Below, piece by piece: positions 13,898 through 27,790 of a stretch of 64,000 nucleotides of DNA. The position numbers were made by a program, and so were the translations under genes. The notes under the pieces were generated by a model. It searched no databases, had not been told where the DNA came from, and saw nothing but the letters and a program-made list of their open reading frames with translations. The DNA comes from Squalus acanthias. Its lineage: Eukaryota. Position 1 is the first letter of the stretch. Each line of letters opens with the position of its first letter. The stretch lies in NCBI GenBank assembly GCA_030390025.1, contig CM059432.1, positions 98,582,001 to 98,646,000 of the forward strand. Direction: 5' to 3'.

Positions 13898-14783
13898 GTG
13901 AATTAGATGAGGAAGACTTACTCCATGCAAAGTCCATTCTTTCAGTAAATGGGAGATGTAGCTTAATTCTCTAACATAATAATAACAATAGCACTCAAGA
14001 GTTGTTAAAATATAAACCACACTTTCATGTTCATGCCAGCAACACAAGTACTGGAGTAACTACGCTTCAGCATTCTGTATAAATTTTTAAAAAGCCAATA
14101 TGGAATACTATTGGCAAAGCTTCTCTTACGTGTCTCCCAGACAGTGTTATCAGCTCGAACCTCATCGTTTGGGCACACAATTTGCCTTGTAGAATTAACT
14201 AGGATTATCTGGGGTTGCTGAAGCCTGCATTATGGGAAATCTATAACTTACCCATTAGTATTCAAAATCTATTTCTCCAATCAATCACCTGGTTGAAATT
14301 TGTGAGCTGGTCTTTGTTAGGTGCATCTTTTTATGTCATCTTTAGTAAAAAAAAAAGTTGCAATATTACATTTTTTCTTTAAAAAAAATAAGAATTGATG
14401 TTATTTCGATAACTCACGGTATCACATTTTGCAGACAAAAAAATATCTGCTTCCAAGGGTCTGTCGGAAAATAGTCAGCAAGCAATCGTTAAAGTAACTT
14501 TATTATAATTAAATGAAGGTAAAAAAATGATTGGAACATGAGGTAAATGGAAATATAATAATTCTGTTCCTGAGTAATTTATTATGTTGTTCATAACCAT
14601 GACTAATTGTTAAACTGAGGTTGAAGAGAGGGCAGGACCACATTGATTGAAAATAAATGAATTGTCTTTGATATGGAAGGCATTCAGGTTTGTTGAAGCT
14701 TTACTCAAAGGATTGCTTCATTTAACTATATATACTCACTTATAAAATGAGAAATTCATGTCCTTGTTTCAGATAAATAGTAG

Positions 14784-17700
14784 GGGCCCTAATTTTAACT
14801 CCAGGCAGTTAGCGGGGTGAGTTCGAAACTCACTGGCTGCCATAGAAAACAGGCTCGGGATATTTAACCCCCAGGCCTCATTAGAATATCTTGGGCAGGT
14901 TCCCACCAAATTCACTGACCCAATGCAAAATCGTCCCATTTTATTAGTGCAATTTCTGAAGGGTCAGCTAGAGGCCTGATTAAAGTGGGTATTCACCTCT
15001 TAAAGTGAGGTTGCATTCCCTTCTGCAAGATTTTGCTGTTTCATTGCTGGAAAAGGAAATTGCTCAGAAATGAGTCACAAGAAAACCTCAAGGTTCTCTG
15101 AGGCCTCCCTGGAGATCCTGCTGGAAGAGGTCAGGAGAAGGAAGGAAGTTTGCTTTACAGCCAGGAGGCTCCCTAAACATCAAGTGCACAAGGCATGGAG
15201 AGGGATTTCTGAGATTGCCAGCTCCAGGAGCTTCACCCCCAGAACCTGGATATAGTGATTCAATGACCTCACAAGCATAGCAAAGGTGAGGACAGTTCTT
15301 CATTTCTCCATCTCTGTCAACAACACATGGCAACAATCATTTCCCCCTCTCCCAGCGCTCTCAACAATTCCCTCTCACTTCGCACAATCACAAACTTCTC
15401 TCATGGCTCCTTCTTCACTTCACACTCCACATACCTGTTTTCCATTCAACACCTGCCCATCCTGATTGCTGTTTCTTCTCCCTCTCAGCATGTGCACAGC
15501 AAGCAGCAGCTCTACACATCTGCAATCTCCTTTGTAATGGACATTCACCACCTCTCATTCTCTCTTTTGAAGGACAAGACAGTGCACAACAACAGGGAGA
15601 GAAGTACGATTGGGGGAGGACTTTTAACGAAGCCACTGCAATTGAATCAGACTTCCGGGTTTCCCGACCAATTAACTGGAGTGGGTACGATGACGTCACG
15701 TATGAGTCGACTTCAGCTGAGCTATTTAAAGGAGCAATGCACAGATGTCACTTGAAGGCTGGTAGAGATGGAAGCCAGGTTGTTGGATTGGAATTGGTTC
15801 TGTTAGAAAAAGTTGATAAAGCTGTAACCTGAAATATGCAGGCTCAAAGACATAAAGCAGCCCCAAGATTTAGTGAAGCCTCCTTGGAGATATTACTCCA
15901 AGGAGCCAGGACCCACAGGGACATCCAATTCCCTGCTGATGGGAGGAAAAGGCCAGCTGCCCAGACTAAGAATGCATGGCTGAGATTGCTGAAGAAGTGA
16001 GCAGCAGGAGTGTTAATGGAAGGGCCTGGATCCAGTGTCAAAAACGCTTAAATGACCTCAAGAGGTCAGAAAAGGTGAGTACAATGCCACATTGCCCTAC
16101 ATCCTGATGTGTATGTCATCTCAACCCCCTCACTCTGCCTTTTCAAGCCTACTCCTGCACAAAACTCCTCACACAACCTACCTTGCAGGAGTACCCATCC
16201 CTCACGGTCTATGCACTTACTCACATCTCCCATCTGACCATCCACCACTGACACCCTCATCTTAATGCAATGTTATGCCTCTCCCTCATAGTCACTCTCA
16301 ACAGATGTTTCTAATCCATCCCTTCTACTCATTCCATGACTCTCACTCAAAGGTCTCTTCTTTCCCTCCTTGCAGGAGAAGACAGCACAGCACACTCAGG
16401 AGAGGCGGCGAACCGGTGGTGGCCCTCCAGTCATGACACCGCTCACTTCAGCAGAGTAGGAGGCGCTGGAGCTGATCCACGTTGTGGAGCTGCTGGTGGT
16501 GGGAGATGGAGAGATGGGAAGCTCCCAGCTACCTGGTGACAGAATGAAATATCACACAGCCACATGGCATACAACAGTCACTCATGTTGACTTGATGTCA
16601 GCAGCCAGTGAAATATGATCATGTGCGTAATGGTAACTTAAAATATTGTTATCAGAACAGTTCTCATTTATGTCTTTACTCTCCCAAAGGCCCATCAAGT
16701 GTCCCACTCACTGGCCAGCCAGAGGAGGAAGACGACTCTTCAGAGGAAATTGCGGACTCTGAAGGTGCACCATCACATGACCCATGCACACCAAGCACCA
16801 GCGCAAATACACATTTGGTGGTGGGTCCACTAAATGAGAAAGTGATGTTGTCACCTGGTGTCTCACACATCACATGTGAGCAAGAGCAGATGGTTGATAC
16901 AGGGACAGCAGTGGAGAGTCCTCGTCGGAGGACGCAGGACGCTCCAAGCTGTGCTCAGCTGGATGAAGATGCTGAACCTTGGGGGCCGTCGACAAAGCAG
17001 ATCATTCTTGAGGAGCAGCAGAAAATACGGGAGGCTCTGGCAGCTTTTCCAGCCGCGATGTGCTCAATTGTAGGGAGAGTGGAGGATTCCATCTCCAGTA
17101 TGGCTGGCATGATGTCACAGGCCATGGCAATGATGTGTTCGTCCATGGAAAGGGTGGAGCATCTAACGCTCCGGTCAAACGGGTGCATGCTTGCTGTGAG
17201 CAACAGCTTGCAGACTCTTAATGCAGCCATAATCTAGGATGGATACCAAACTAGACTCTGCCATTCATCACCTCACTGATGTGCAGCAAAGTTGTCTCCA
17301 GCTCCTTGTTAGCAGGGAAATGTGGGTGAGCCATGAAAGGGTTGATGGTGAGAGGGGACATGGAAGTGGGGACACTGCTTAATGTGCTCTCACTTCTCCC
17401 CCATTGCCCCCACCACCACCCCCCACCCTGCCTTAGTCAGAGCCCCACATGGTGCCTCGTGGCCCGATGGCCGAGTCTGCCACTGCACAGGTGTAGGAGG
17501 AGCAGTCTTTGGTGTGGTTCTCATAGGCTTTAAATCCTAGAGGACATCCGCCAAAAGTATCTAATCAGTCAGAGCAGGAAAGTGAGCAGCCTGCCTCTAG
17601 CTCTGCTGAAGCCACAGGGGTTTCATGGCACAGGAGTTGTAGGAAGATGAAGATTAAACAATTGTAGATGCACAAGGGTACACATGGGTGTGTTATAAAA

Positions 17701-19291
17701 TGTTAGATCGTTAAGTTTCTGTTTACTTTTTGAGCCACTTAAAATTATTTCTTTGCCCCACTTTCCCATCTTGTCCATTTTTGCCTGCTACCTGGGAAGG
17801 GGCCTTGTCAGTTGCAGTGCATGGTAAGACATTAAAAACCTCGAGCAATGGGTGTATGTGACACAAATGGTTTGGTCATTTTAGGACTGCATTGTGGTGG
17901 TTGGGTGGGGGGTGGTGGGGGGAGTTGGTTCAGCATCTGGATGCCATATGGGTGCACTGGTGCAACTGAACGAAATTGTGCCATTATGAGGTCATCCCGA
18001 GCCTCCTGGGCAGCAATAATGCGCCGCTGCTGGTGCCATGTCCACTTCAGGTTCCTCCTCCTCCTCTTGCTCCTCCTCCTCATGCTCCTCCTAATCCTCC
18101 TCCTCCTCCTCCGAAGAGGCTTTGCTCTCTGTGCCTTGCTCCTTCTGCAGCTCCAATCCTCGCTGCTGCACTATGTTGTGCATGATCATTCTGGAGACCC
18201 TGGCTGGTGTGTTTTGAACGGCTCCTCCAGATTTGTCTAGGCATCTGCATCGCATCCTCAGAATCCCAAATGTTTGCTCTATTACACATCTTGTCATCAT
18301 CTGCCATTATCACCAAATCCCCTACCACTAATATCCTGAGCGTCACCATTGACCAGAAGCTTAACTGGACCAGCCACATAAATACTGTGGCAACAAAAGC
18401 AGGTCAGAGGCTTGGTATTCTGCGATGAGTGTCTCACCTCCTGACTCCCCAAAGCCTTTCCACCATCTACAAAGCACAAGTAAGGAGTGTGATGGAATAC
18501 TCTCCACTTGCCTGGATGAGTGCAGCTCCAACAACACTCAAGAAGCTCGACATCATCCAAGACAAAGCAGCCCGCTTGATTGGCATCCCATCCACCACTT
18601 TAAACATTCATTCCCTCCACCACTGGCGTACCATGGCTGCAGTGTGTACCATCTACAAGATGTACTGCAGCAACTCGCCAAGGATTCTTCAGCAACACCT
18701 CCCAAACCCGCGACCTCTACCACCTAGAAGGACAAGGTCAGCAGGCGCAGGGGAACACCACCACCTCCAAGTTCCCCTCCAAGTCACACACCATCCTGAC
18801 TTGGAAGTATATCGCCGATCCTTCATCATCGCTGGGTCAAATTCCTGGAACTCCCTCCCTAACAGCACTGTGGGAGTACCTTCACCACATGGACTGCAGC
18901 AGTTCAAGAAGGCAGCTCACCGCCACCCTATCAAGACAACTAGGGATGGGCAATAAATGCTGGCCTTGCCAGGGACGCCCACATCCCTTGAACAAATAAA
19001 AAAAGAGCTTTTTCCTTCGGTAAGGAAGCAGGTGTGAGCCAGTGCACAGCCAGTAAAAGCTTCAACATCAGGTAAAAAAAGGCTGTTGATAGCCTCTTAA
19101 TGATTTCTAAATTGCTATAATTAGCTCACCTGCCTCTCCCGAGGGGGTCGCTGGCGCGCTAACTAACGCGCCCGAATTAAAGGCGGAAACCGGCCGGTTG
19201 AAGCCGGCTTCCCGACGCGCTGTCAACGTCAGCGCTTTTAACTGCCCACCCACTCACAATCCTGCACTCTCTTCAAAGTGAAAATCAGGCC
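14784..19291. mobile_element. Decayed composite PIF/Harbinger element(s)
   Basis: Two Myb/SANT exon-1 remnants (15070-15285 RFSEASLEILLEEV; about 15836-16074 AAPRFSEASLEILL), downstream exon 16690-17237, and convergent transposase C-terminus (VIEQTFGILRMRCRCLDKSGG, 18091-18300, - strand). Interrupted by a LINE fragment. Confidence 0.7.
18302..19005 (+). mobile_element. 5'-truncated Zenon-like LINE inserted in a Harbinger
   Basis: Matches 31070-31777; ORF 18429-18956 (IYKAQVRSVMEYSPLAW); A-rich 3' end. Confidence 0.9.
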
Positions 19292-20723
19292 AAGCTGACA
19301 AAATAAATTGTATGTTCAATGAATCAATAATTGGTAAAGGATAAGTTTTTACAAAAATAAGGGACTTCATTTTCCCTTCTCCTAAGTACTATTCTGTCTG
19401 AAGAACTGAAACATCTCATTCAAATTAATTATTTTTGAAGGATAGCTTTGCTGAAAGGGAACAAGACTGGAATCACAACAGGGGGCTTCATTTTTAATTG
19501 GTTAATACATCGAGTGCCCATACCTGAACTTTACTGATTGGAAATTATAGCGTTACATCTCCAAAACGTTACCCAGTAATTAATTGGAAACTCATTTGAA
19601 AATCTTCAATTTTATATAAGCGCTGAAACTCCTCTTTTCAGCAGAATTGGAGATGACCTGCTTTATTCTTTGGCTAATTAGGAACTGTCACCACAAGCGC
19701 AGAACTGCATAGTGTTGAAAGGTGCAATTCTTACAGCAAAGAGCTCATGAGTTAAGATCCAAGTGGTCGTTTACGGATTGTTTCCTGCCCCGCAGCTATT
19801 TTATTGGGCAAATGAGGCCTGAGTCAGGTGGGAGCCTCAGAAATATATGCGAATCAGGGTCCTATCACTGGCAGACATCCAGCAGAGGCTCTGTAAGGTA
19901 AGTGTAAAATTTATCCCTGTGAAGCATTGAGAAGCAGGAGTGCTCCTCTGAGCATCAAAAAGAGCGTTTGGTCTGTTGCCACCTCAGGCTCCCCTCCTGT
20001 CCCACCCGTTGTACATACTGTCAGTAATGCTCTGCTCATTACTAATATCATTCAGTGCAGTTTCAACCTCAAAGTCCAATATTATGATCTGAGTCTTTAG
20101 TAACCCAAGACTTCTGTTGATTTATTGTAACTATCCAATTAATGACAAAATGTAATGAACATGGAAAAAGTAGAAATTACAAATTTCAGTGCATATTTTC
20201 AGCCATGTATTTTTTTTTGGCAGGAGCTCCATGTCATGTGATCAATCTGTTCAACTAAATTTGATATTTTACAAAAATTATGAATTACCAACATGTGACA
20301 GAGTGAATTTGAAGTAGTAATTTCAAACAGATGTCTCTCCCTCCTTAGTATTTTTGAAGATTTGCAAGGGCTAGAAATTCGTTATAGCTCAGGAATGGGT
20401 GGTGTCAGTAGAAAAGTTGGAGAATTAGCGCCAGACTGCATGCAAAATTCCTGCTCACTGCTCAAAAAAATGATTGGCATCTTAATTCAAGTCTTAAATA
20501 CCAAGCTCATTGGCATTACACTCAAAGGGTGGACCAATATCAGGTGCAGTCGAATCACAAGTCAGGTTTTTTTAGTACTTAAAGGGGAGGTTCATTGATG
20601 CTGCAGCACCTCATTCTCAGCATTGCTGGCTGTGCAGCTTCCTCAGCAAGCAGAAGTAGAAGCAGAAGCAGGTCAAGGAAAAGGAGCCGGAGGAATGAAC
20701 CAGGTGTACTCATAGCAGATCCA

Positions 20724-22590
20724 TGCCCCAGGGAGTGAGACCACAGATTCTGCGTTGAAGCTATGGAGGCATTGGTTTTTACTGTGGAGAGATGGAGGGT
20801 GGTGCTCTACCCAGCAAGTGGCAGGAGGCCCTCACCACAAGTCTTTGCGCCATGTGGAGGGTGGTAGCCCAGCAGGTCTCGGGCAGCACTGTGGTCCCCA
20901 GGACCCACACACAGTACAGGAAGAAATTTAACAACCTCACTCGGGTGGTCAGGGTGAGTCAATGCTTCAACAAATGCTACATACCACCATCTGAACCACA
21001 GTCTGCACACACTGCCCAAAGCACCACACCCCCACCAGCACTCACCCACCAACAATCTCGACCTACCAACACTCACACCCACATCTCACACCTTGCACAC
21101 AATTACAGCTATTCAACTATGGCAGGCACATCATCCAAACACATTACTCCACACTCACTCACACACTTTCCTTTCTCTTGCAGGCCAAGCTGGCTCACAA
21201 CAGGAAGGAGCAGGAGTGCACAGGCGGGGGACAAGCCGACACCCAACCACTGTCTGCATTGGAGAATCGAGTGCTGCAGATTATTGGGCACCAGGTGGTG
21301 TGCGCCGGCGACGTTGACCCCCTTGGGGACAACAACGGTATGTTCACCCCTGCTCCTTCTTCTCATATCCCACTTCTCCCTCACCCCAGAAGTGTTTCGC
21401 ACTTTCCAGCTAACCATGCTGTATGCATGCATTTCTCCCTTCCTGCACCTCCTCCCCTCACCTTAACCCGACTCTTGTGCCTTTATGCTTTCAGATAATC
21501 AGCAAGCACCTGAGCAGCCTGTCCCTGAGGGCACCAAAGAGAGCGAGGCGGGAGAAGAGGAGGAGGAAGAACACACCGCGTCACTGCATGTCTCACCTGC
21601 AGAAACCAGCTCTGATTTTGGCACTACGCGTCCTTTAGAGGCTCGTATAGTAGCAGGATCTGCCCAGGGTGAGGCACCGGGGACGAGTGGGCTGCAGCAA
21701 GGCCAGGGGGAAAGGGTAGCTCAGGGCCCAGCTCCCCGGAGGGCGAGTTCGCGTGTGAGTTCTGCTGCACAGGACTCAGATGAGGACCTTGATGGGGCGG
21801 CCTTCAGAAGAAGGGTGATAGGCATGCACATTGAATTGCGAGGTGCAATGGCAAGCCTGCCAGAGAACCTCTTGGCACTGTGAAGGAGCACAGAGGAGGC
21901 CGCCTCCAAAATTGCATGGGGCTTTGCGCAGAGCTTGGAGCCCAGGATTTCCAGGCTGGAAATGATGGAAAACTCCAGGAGAAACAGTGTCGACCCAGAC
22001 ATGCTGCTGCATGTGATGGCCAATGTTGCGGCTGCCGTTGCAGCACAGGCGGAAGCGATCCAATGTCTTAGTGCTGCAGCGGAAGCGCAGACCGCTCTCA
22101 TGAAGTCTCAGCTTGATGACATCTAAGCTTAGACCACTGTCATTGTGGCTGGGTTTACGGGGTCGAATGGGGCTTGCAGGATGTCGCAGCAGCCCAGCAA
22201 TCTGTACTCCAACAGATTGCTAGGAATGCTGAAGCGCCGCCCTGGAGGAGTGGCAGTGGGTCAGTGAAGCAGAACCCTGCTGTCCTCTCTTAGGATAACA
22301 GCATTCTTGTTCCCACCACTACCACTCCACCATTGCCCTTGCCGCTGCCTGTCAGCCAGCCAGCCCAGACTGCTGCTGCCCAAGCCACGGTAGTACAGTC
22401 TACAGCCGGGCTTCTCGGGCTAGAGTTGCTTGAGGTCATCCTGCAAGGCCAGCTGAAGTCTCCCCGATGGAAACTCAGCAGCCTTCCACCAGCCGTGCTG
22501 CAGCCACTGGGGGAGCACTTCACAGAAGCACGAGATCAGGAAAGGGCACCCGAACGACAGGCACTAAGGGATTTCACAAGGGTGATTAGT
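20724..22590 (+). pseudogene. Harbinger Myb/SANT-like DNA-binding protein, 3 exons, disrupted
   Basis: WRVVAQQVSG..RTHTQYRKKFNNLTRVVR followed by GT-AG introns 20954-21183 and 21338-21494; same structure as 49167-51047; contains stops. Outer coordinates approximate. Confidence 0.75.
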
Positions 22591-23775
22591 TCATATCGTA
22601 ATCGGATTCTGATGAGGCGTTCATTTACACCCCGTCTGGAAGGGGGATTGGCTGCCTGCCTCCTCCCTATCTCCTCATCTTCTTCCTCTTCCTCTTCCTC
22701 TACCTCCTCTTCCTCCTCCTCCTCCTCCTCTCCCTCTTCCTCCTCCTGAGGTCGTCCTGAAATCCCTGGTGACAAGGGCTGCACCCCCATGATGGCCAGG
22801 TTGTGGAGCATGCAACAGACCACCACAAAATGGGACACCCATTCCAGCGTGTGCTGGAGGACTCCTCCCGAGCAGTCAAGGCAGTGGAACCGTTGCTTCA
22901 GCAGCCCAATGGTCTGCTCGATGATGTTCCTGTTAGGAGTGCTAGGAGTGCTGCGCATGAGTGGCGGGGTTGCGGAGGGGAGTCATGAGCCAGGTGCAGA
23001 GTGGATAGCCCTTGTCTCCGAGCAGCCACCCTCGAGTTTGATGTGGTAACTGGAAGATTGCTGGCATACCGGACTGATTCAGGATGAAGGCACCATGGCT
23101 GCTGCCAGGATAGCGGCCATTGACCATCAGGAAGTGCTGGGCGTGGTCGCACACCAACTGCACATTAAGTGAGTGGTAGCCTTTGCGGTTACAGAAGATC
23201 TCAGGATTGGTATACTGTTCCCGCAAAGCCACATGGGTGCAGTCGATGGCGCCCTGCACCATGGGGAAGTCAGCTATCCTGGCAAAGCCACATGCGTGCT
23301 CGTCTTGCTTCTCCATACTCAGAGAAAAGACCACGTAGTCCTTTCTCCTGGTGTAAAGAACATCTGTGACCTCCCCAATGCAGCGATGGATGGCAAATTG
23401 TGAGACATTGGCTATGACTCCTGCTGCAGACTGGAAGGATCCGCTGGCGAAGAAATTGAGGGCCATGGTGACCTTAACTGCCACTGGGAGAAGCTTGTTT
23501 TCCCCGGTCTCAGGCTGCAGGTCTGGTTGCAGGAGGTGGCAGAGTTCTGTGACCACCTCCTTGGTGAAGCAGAGCCTCCTAATTCACTGCTCCTCGCTTA
23601 AGTGGATATAGGAGAAGTGTTCTCTGAAGACCCTAGGTGGGTAAGACCTCCTGTTGAGAGCCCTCCTGGCCCTCCTCCTCCACCCTCTGCAAGTATCTTC
23701 TCGTCTTCTTCACTGCCTCCGCCCCCTCCCCCGAAGATACTCGAGCGCGAGGGGGACTGCAAGTAGAGCCGCCAT
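22536..23775 (-). pseudogene. Harbinger (HARBI1-like) DDE transposase, disrupted
   Basis: GAIDCTH, NRKGYHSLNVQLVCD, WLLGDKGY, IIEQTIGLLKQRF, CCMLHN and an acidic tail; in-frame stops near the N-terminus and a frameshift near 22950. Confidence 0.9.
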
Positions 23776-23880
23776 GACTGTGAGCAAGTAGTGTGAGCAG
23801 AAGCTTTTAAATAAGAATGAAGGCGTTCTCCACTTGCAACAACACTCACTGCTACCTTAGAACCTTGAAAGAAGTTTATA

Positions 23881-24009
23881 CAAAAAGAAAATACTGCAGA
23901 TGCTGGAAATCTGAAATAAAAACAGAAAATGCTGGAAATACTCAGCAGGTGAGGCAGCATCTGTGAAGAGAGAAACATAGTTAATGTTTCAGGTCGATGA
24001 CCTTTCATC
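23881..24009 (-). mobile_element. Penelope-like pLTR fragment with a degenerate minimal hammerhead ribozyme core
   Basis: Flanked by the 11-bp direct repeat AGAAGTTTATA (23870-23880, 24010-24020); - strand reads CTGATGA A AGGTC ATC GACCT GAAAC ATTAAC. Confidence 0.7.
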
Positions 24010-26709
24010 AGAAGTTTATAAAGCTGTTGGAGTTACAGAAAGTTGCACAGAGCCAGTCAAACTGAACAAACATGTCAGGTGCAAGTAATTGTTGATGATC
24101 CCTTTAAATATCACTGCTGGAGCCTCCTTCCTGCTTCTCAACGCTTGCTCAGCTCATCGCACTTAAGGCATGCCGATATGTTGAATGGCGAACTCCAAAC
24201 TCGCAGATTGGGCGTCAGGTGAGCGTTACACACTCACTGATGCCACAGTCTGCATCATCTACATGATTTTAGCGATCGCTGACATTGGCAGCGCTGCCGG
24301 CCATCCGAAAATGCGGCTGCCGCGGGACCCGCCGCCAGTGGGCGGAAGAGTGGCAGATGCCATTTTTTTGCCGGAATCAGGCGGTAATGGGTGGTGATTA
24401 AACCCCCTAATTTCTGGGCCTAAGACTCCTCAGATAAGTATACAGCCACTGCCTTATTTCTACGGGTAACTGTTATGACTGCCTGAACTTTTATTTTAAA
24501 ATACTTTAAAATGTATTAAATATGACTGGATGTAGTCAAATATTCACAGACAAATCCATTAATATCTTTAATCTTGCCCAGATATTTCACTACCATGGTA
24601 TATTTTATTGTTCTCCCAGGCATAGAATAATGTACTTTCATAAAACGAATTGTTAAGCTACTCTGACCAACCTCCACTGAGACTTGAACAATCATTTGTT
24701 GTCCTGTGAAATTGCTAGAGTGAAACTGTCAGAAAAAGCAATGGAGTCATAATTTAAGAGGAAGTAATGTAGATTTTTAAGGTTGATGTATTCTTATAAA
24801 TAATAAAGTACAACAATCAAGTGTTAGTGTATTGAAACTTTACAAAATGACTGTGCTTTTCCAGCATGTTTCCAAGTATCTTTTGTCTATTCTGTAGTAG
24901 CTCTTATAATTTGTAGTCATTCCTATTAACATCCTTAGCATCCCAATTAATCACAGCACAGGTTACTCTCCTCAGTACATTAAATATGCGTATTTTTACA
25001 CCATCAGACAGGTACCATTATTGCTGCTATAAAGTATAATTAAAACACCTGCACAGTCATCTTAAATCAACACATTGACTAGTTAGTCTCTCAGGATTTC
25101 TGCTTCCAGCTGTCCATTTCTTTATTCCCCTATTTTTTTTGTCAAACTACTTCACGTTTACTTCTGATCTAGGCTGTCTTGTGATCTCTATTTTTCTGAT
25201 AGTTGAAGGTTGTGTACGTACACCCGCATATGCTTATGTCTCTTTTTCACTCAACTGCCTGCTCAGTAACCTGTTAAGAGCATGAGTTTCTGGCAGTCAA
25301 ATGTGTAAAGTTCATGACTAGCAAATGTAATTTGTATAATTTCATTCAAGGACTTTTTTTTGTTTTTTTTTGTGCACATCCTTCTAGAATTATCAAGGGC
25401 TTTCAGATCATTAATGCTAATCCTTAATTTCAATTAATTGGTGGTTTAATTGGCCTATAAGGTGAAAGGTTAATGGTTTGTGAAGAAAATCTTAAATTCA
25501 TACTGTAATAAATAGTGATTGAGGTTTAAGTCCATTATAAATAAAGTCAAGAATTCCACTCCATGCATGACACCCTTCAACATGACTTACCTTTGACCTT
25601 CTGAAGTGATTTAATTATTTAGTGTATTGTAAACATAGTTAATATCTTCCATTTCCACAGCTACTATTTAATCAGGCCTGGTTTTGGTAGGAGAATCATT
25701 TGTGTCAATGCTTTCTCCCAACCTTCCTGCTCATAATCATGAATCTCACTGTCAGGTAGGCTGTGACGAGAGAAAGAGAAATCCAGGAACAGTGAATGGG
25801 AAAAGGAAGATGAAGACAGGGAAGCATAGAATGCATTACTGCCATTTAGCCATCTCCACAGCCTGTGTGAGGGGTACAGCTTTCCCTATTTAACCAAGTT
25901 TATGCTTTGGCACAAGACAGTACTTCAGATATATAATACACAACTAAAAATCTCCAATTTAGGATCTTAACAGGTCTAAAGGCAAGTTCTGACTAGTAGC
26001 AATCTTCCTGGATTAATAGTCAAATTCAAAAATTATCTTGTTATTTTAATACAAACTCTAAATCAGAATACATGTGTTGGACGACTAGATTTCCTGTAGT
26101 GTATTTCAACTGATTCTGAGAATTTTTTAGCAATTGCTGATGATTCCAAGATTGTTTATTGAGACTACTGTTAAGGGGAAAACTCCACAGTACTCAACAA
26201 TTAGCACTGTTAGTGGCAAAGACACTCATTTTCTGTCTTAGTGCTCAAGGGAGCCTCCCATGTGGGCCCACTGGTTGAATTTGAGAATAGGAATCTGGAG
26301 AGAATGGCATTTTCTAATGAGGGCAAGTCAGTACTGTACCAAGAAATTTGGGAAGGGACAAGGGGGACTATTGGAGTACAGGGATAGAATGTGGAGGAGT
26401 TATATTGCTGAGGGAAAACTTGTTTCTGTGGAATTGCTTGTGAACCAATTTTTGCCTGGGGTCAGGAAGTTTCAGTGGTTTATGCTCGGATGGGATGGAG
26501 CAAAGATTGTTTCTCTTTTTTCATTGTGACAATTATGTTCAGCTGGATGTTCAGCTGGATGTAAGCCTACATTTAAACTGTTGAATGTTTATTACTGCAG
26601 TTTGCGATTCAATTTAAAAATTATATACTATTTTATTCATTAAAAGTCTATCTTGTTATGCTTCCCAGTGCTGGGGGAGGGGTGAGAGAAGGGCAACATA
26701 ACAACTTTC

Positions 26710-27450
26710 GGGGGCTAAACTGGGCTGTGTAGTACTCTTTTCTTAGGTGCTACGTGGCTACATAAGACACGGAAATGGGGTCCGAGGGGCGCGCGCACAC
26801 TTCCAACAGGAAGTGCACGGGATGCCATCTTGGTAAAGGGGTTTGTGTGCAAGACTTACAACATGCAGAACAGTGAGATCGTGACATGAATCAGTGTGTA
26901 ACACTGATTAGACACAAGTGATGCCATTTTCAAACTCCACACTCCAGCCAACTTCTTAACCTCACACAGCTGAACACAACGTTAAACGGAATGAAGGACC
27001 CACCCACCACCATTATTTAAAGGGATCATGAAATAACAACAGGTTAGTTGCTGGATTATTTCTTCTGACTGCTGGTGGAATTGTACGTGTCTTTAGAGCT
27101 TTCCTATCCTTGGCTCAAGTTTGAATACTCTACAGGGAGTGGTGTGTCTGGTCTTGAAGTATTTCTTCTGTCATTTAAAATCTTGTGCTGAAAGAATTTG
27201 CTTCCAGTCATGAGTAGCCTGGTAGGGCTTCCTCTGGGAATTAAACATGACTGGGAGAATGAAGAGAGGCCATGCAGGGAGGGAAAAGCTGCTAGAAGGA
27301 GGACGGGGGGGAAAGGCTCTCAACAGGAGGCCATATCCACCGAGGGTCTTGAGGGAGTAAATCTCTTACCTCAACTTCAGTGAGGACCACTGCATGAGAC
27401 ATCTTCATATCATAACAGAGGCGGTGACTGAAATCTGCCAACTGCTGTAG
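26710..27450 (+). mobile_element. Harbinger end plus transposase N-terminal remnant
   Basis: Broken translation ALNRRPYPPRVLRE*ISYLNFSEDHC..EAVTEICQLL, homologous to the N-terminus at 23540-23680. Confidence 0.65.
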
Positions 27451-27454
27451 GCCA

Positions 27455-27790
27455 GCATTTAGTACCCATCCCTAATTGCCCTTGAAAAGGTGGTGGTGAG
27501 CTGCCTTCTTGAACTTCTGCAGTCCGTGTGGTGAAGGTACTCCCACAGTGCTGTTAGGGAGGGAGTTCCAGGATTTTGATCCAACGACGATGAAGGAACG
27601 GCGATATATTTCCAAGTCAGGATGGTGTGTGACTTGGAGGGGAACTTGGAGGTGGTGGTGCTCCCATGAGTCTGCAGCCCTTGTCCTTCTAGGCGGTAGA
27701 GTTTGCAGGTTTGGTAGGTGCTGTCGAAGTAGCCTTGGCGAGTTGCTGCAGTGCATCTTGTAGATGGTACACACTGCAGTCATGGCGCAT
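27455..27790 (-). mobile_element. Zenon-like LINE 3' fragment
   Basis: AVCTIYKMHCSNSPR..HHHLFKGN within ORF 27472-27876. Confidence 0.85.

Larger units (their letters stand above)
20368..24420. mobile_element. Full-length decayed PIF/Harbinger DNA transposon, about 4.05 kb
   Basis: Imperfect TIRs GGGCTAGAAATT / AATTTCTGGGCC flanked by CAA and TAA (3-bp TSD-like); convergent Myb/SANT gene and DDE transposase. Confidence 0.85.

Noticed and set aside
22536..23775. Domesticated host HARBI1 gene
   Set aside because: Has stops and a frameshift and lies within TIRs next to its Myb partner
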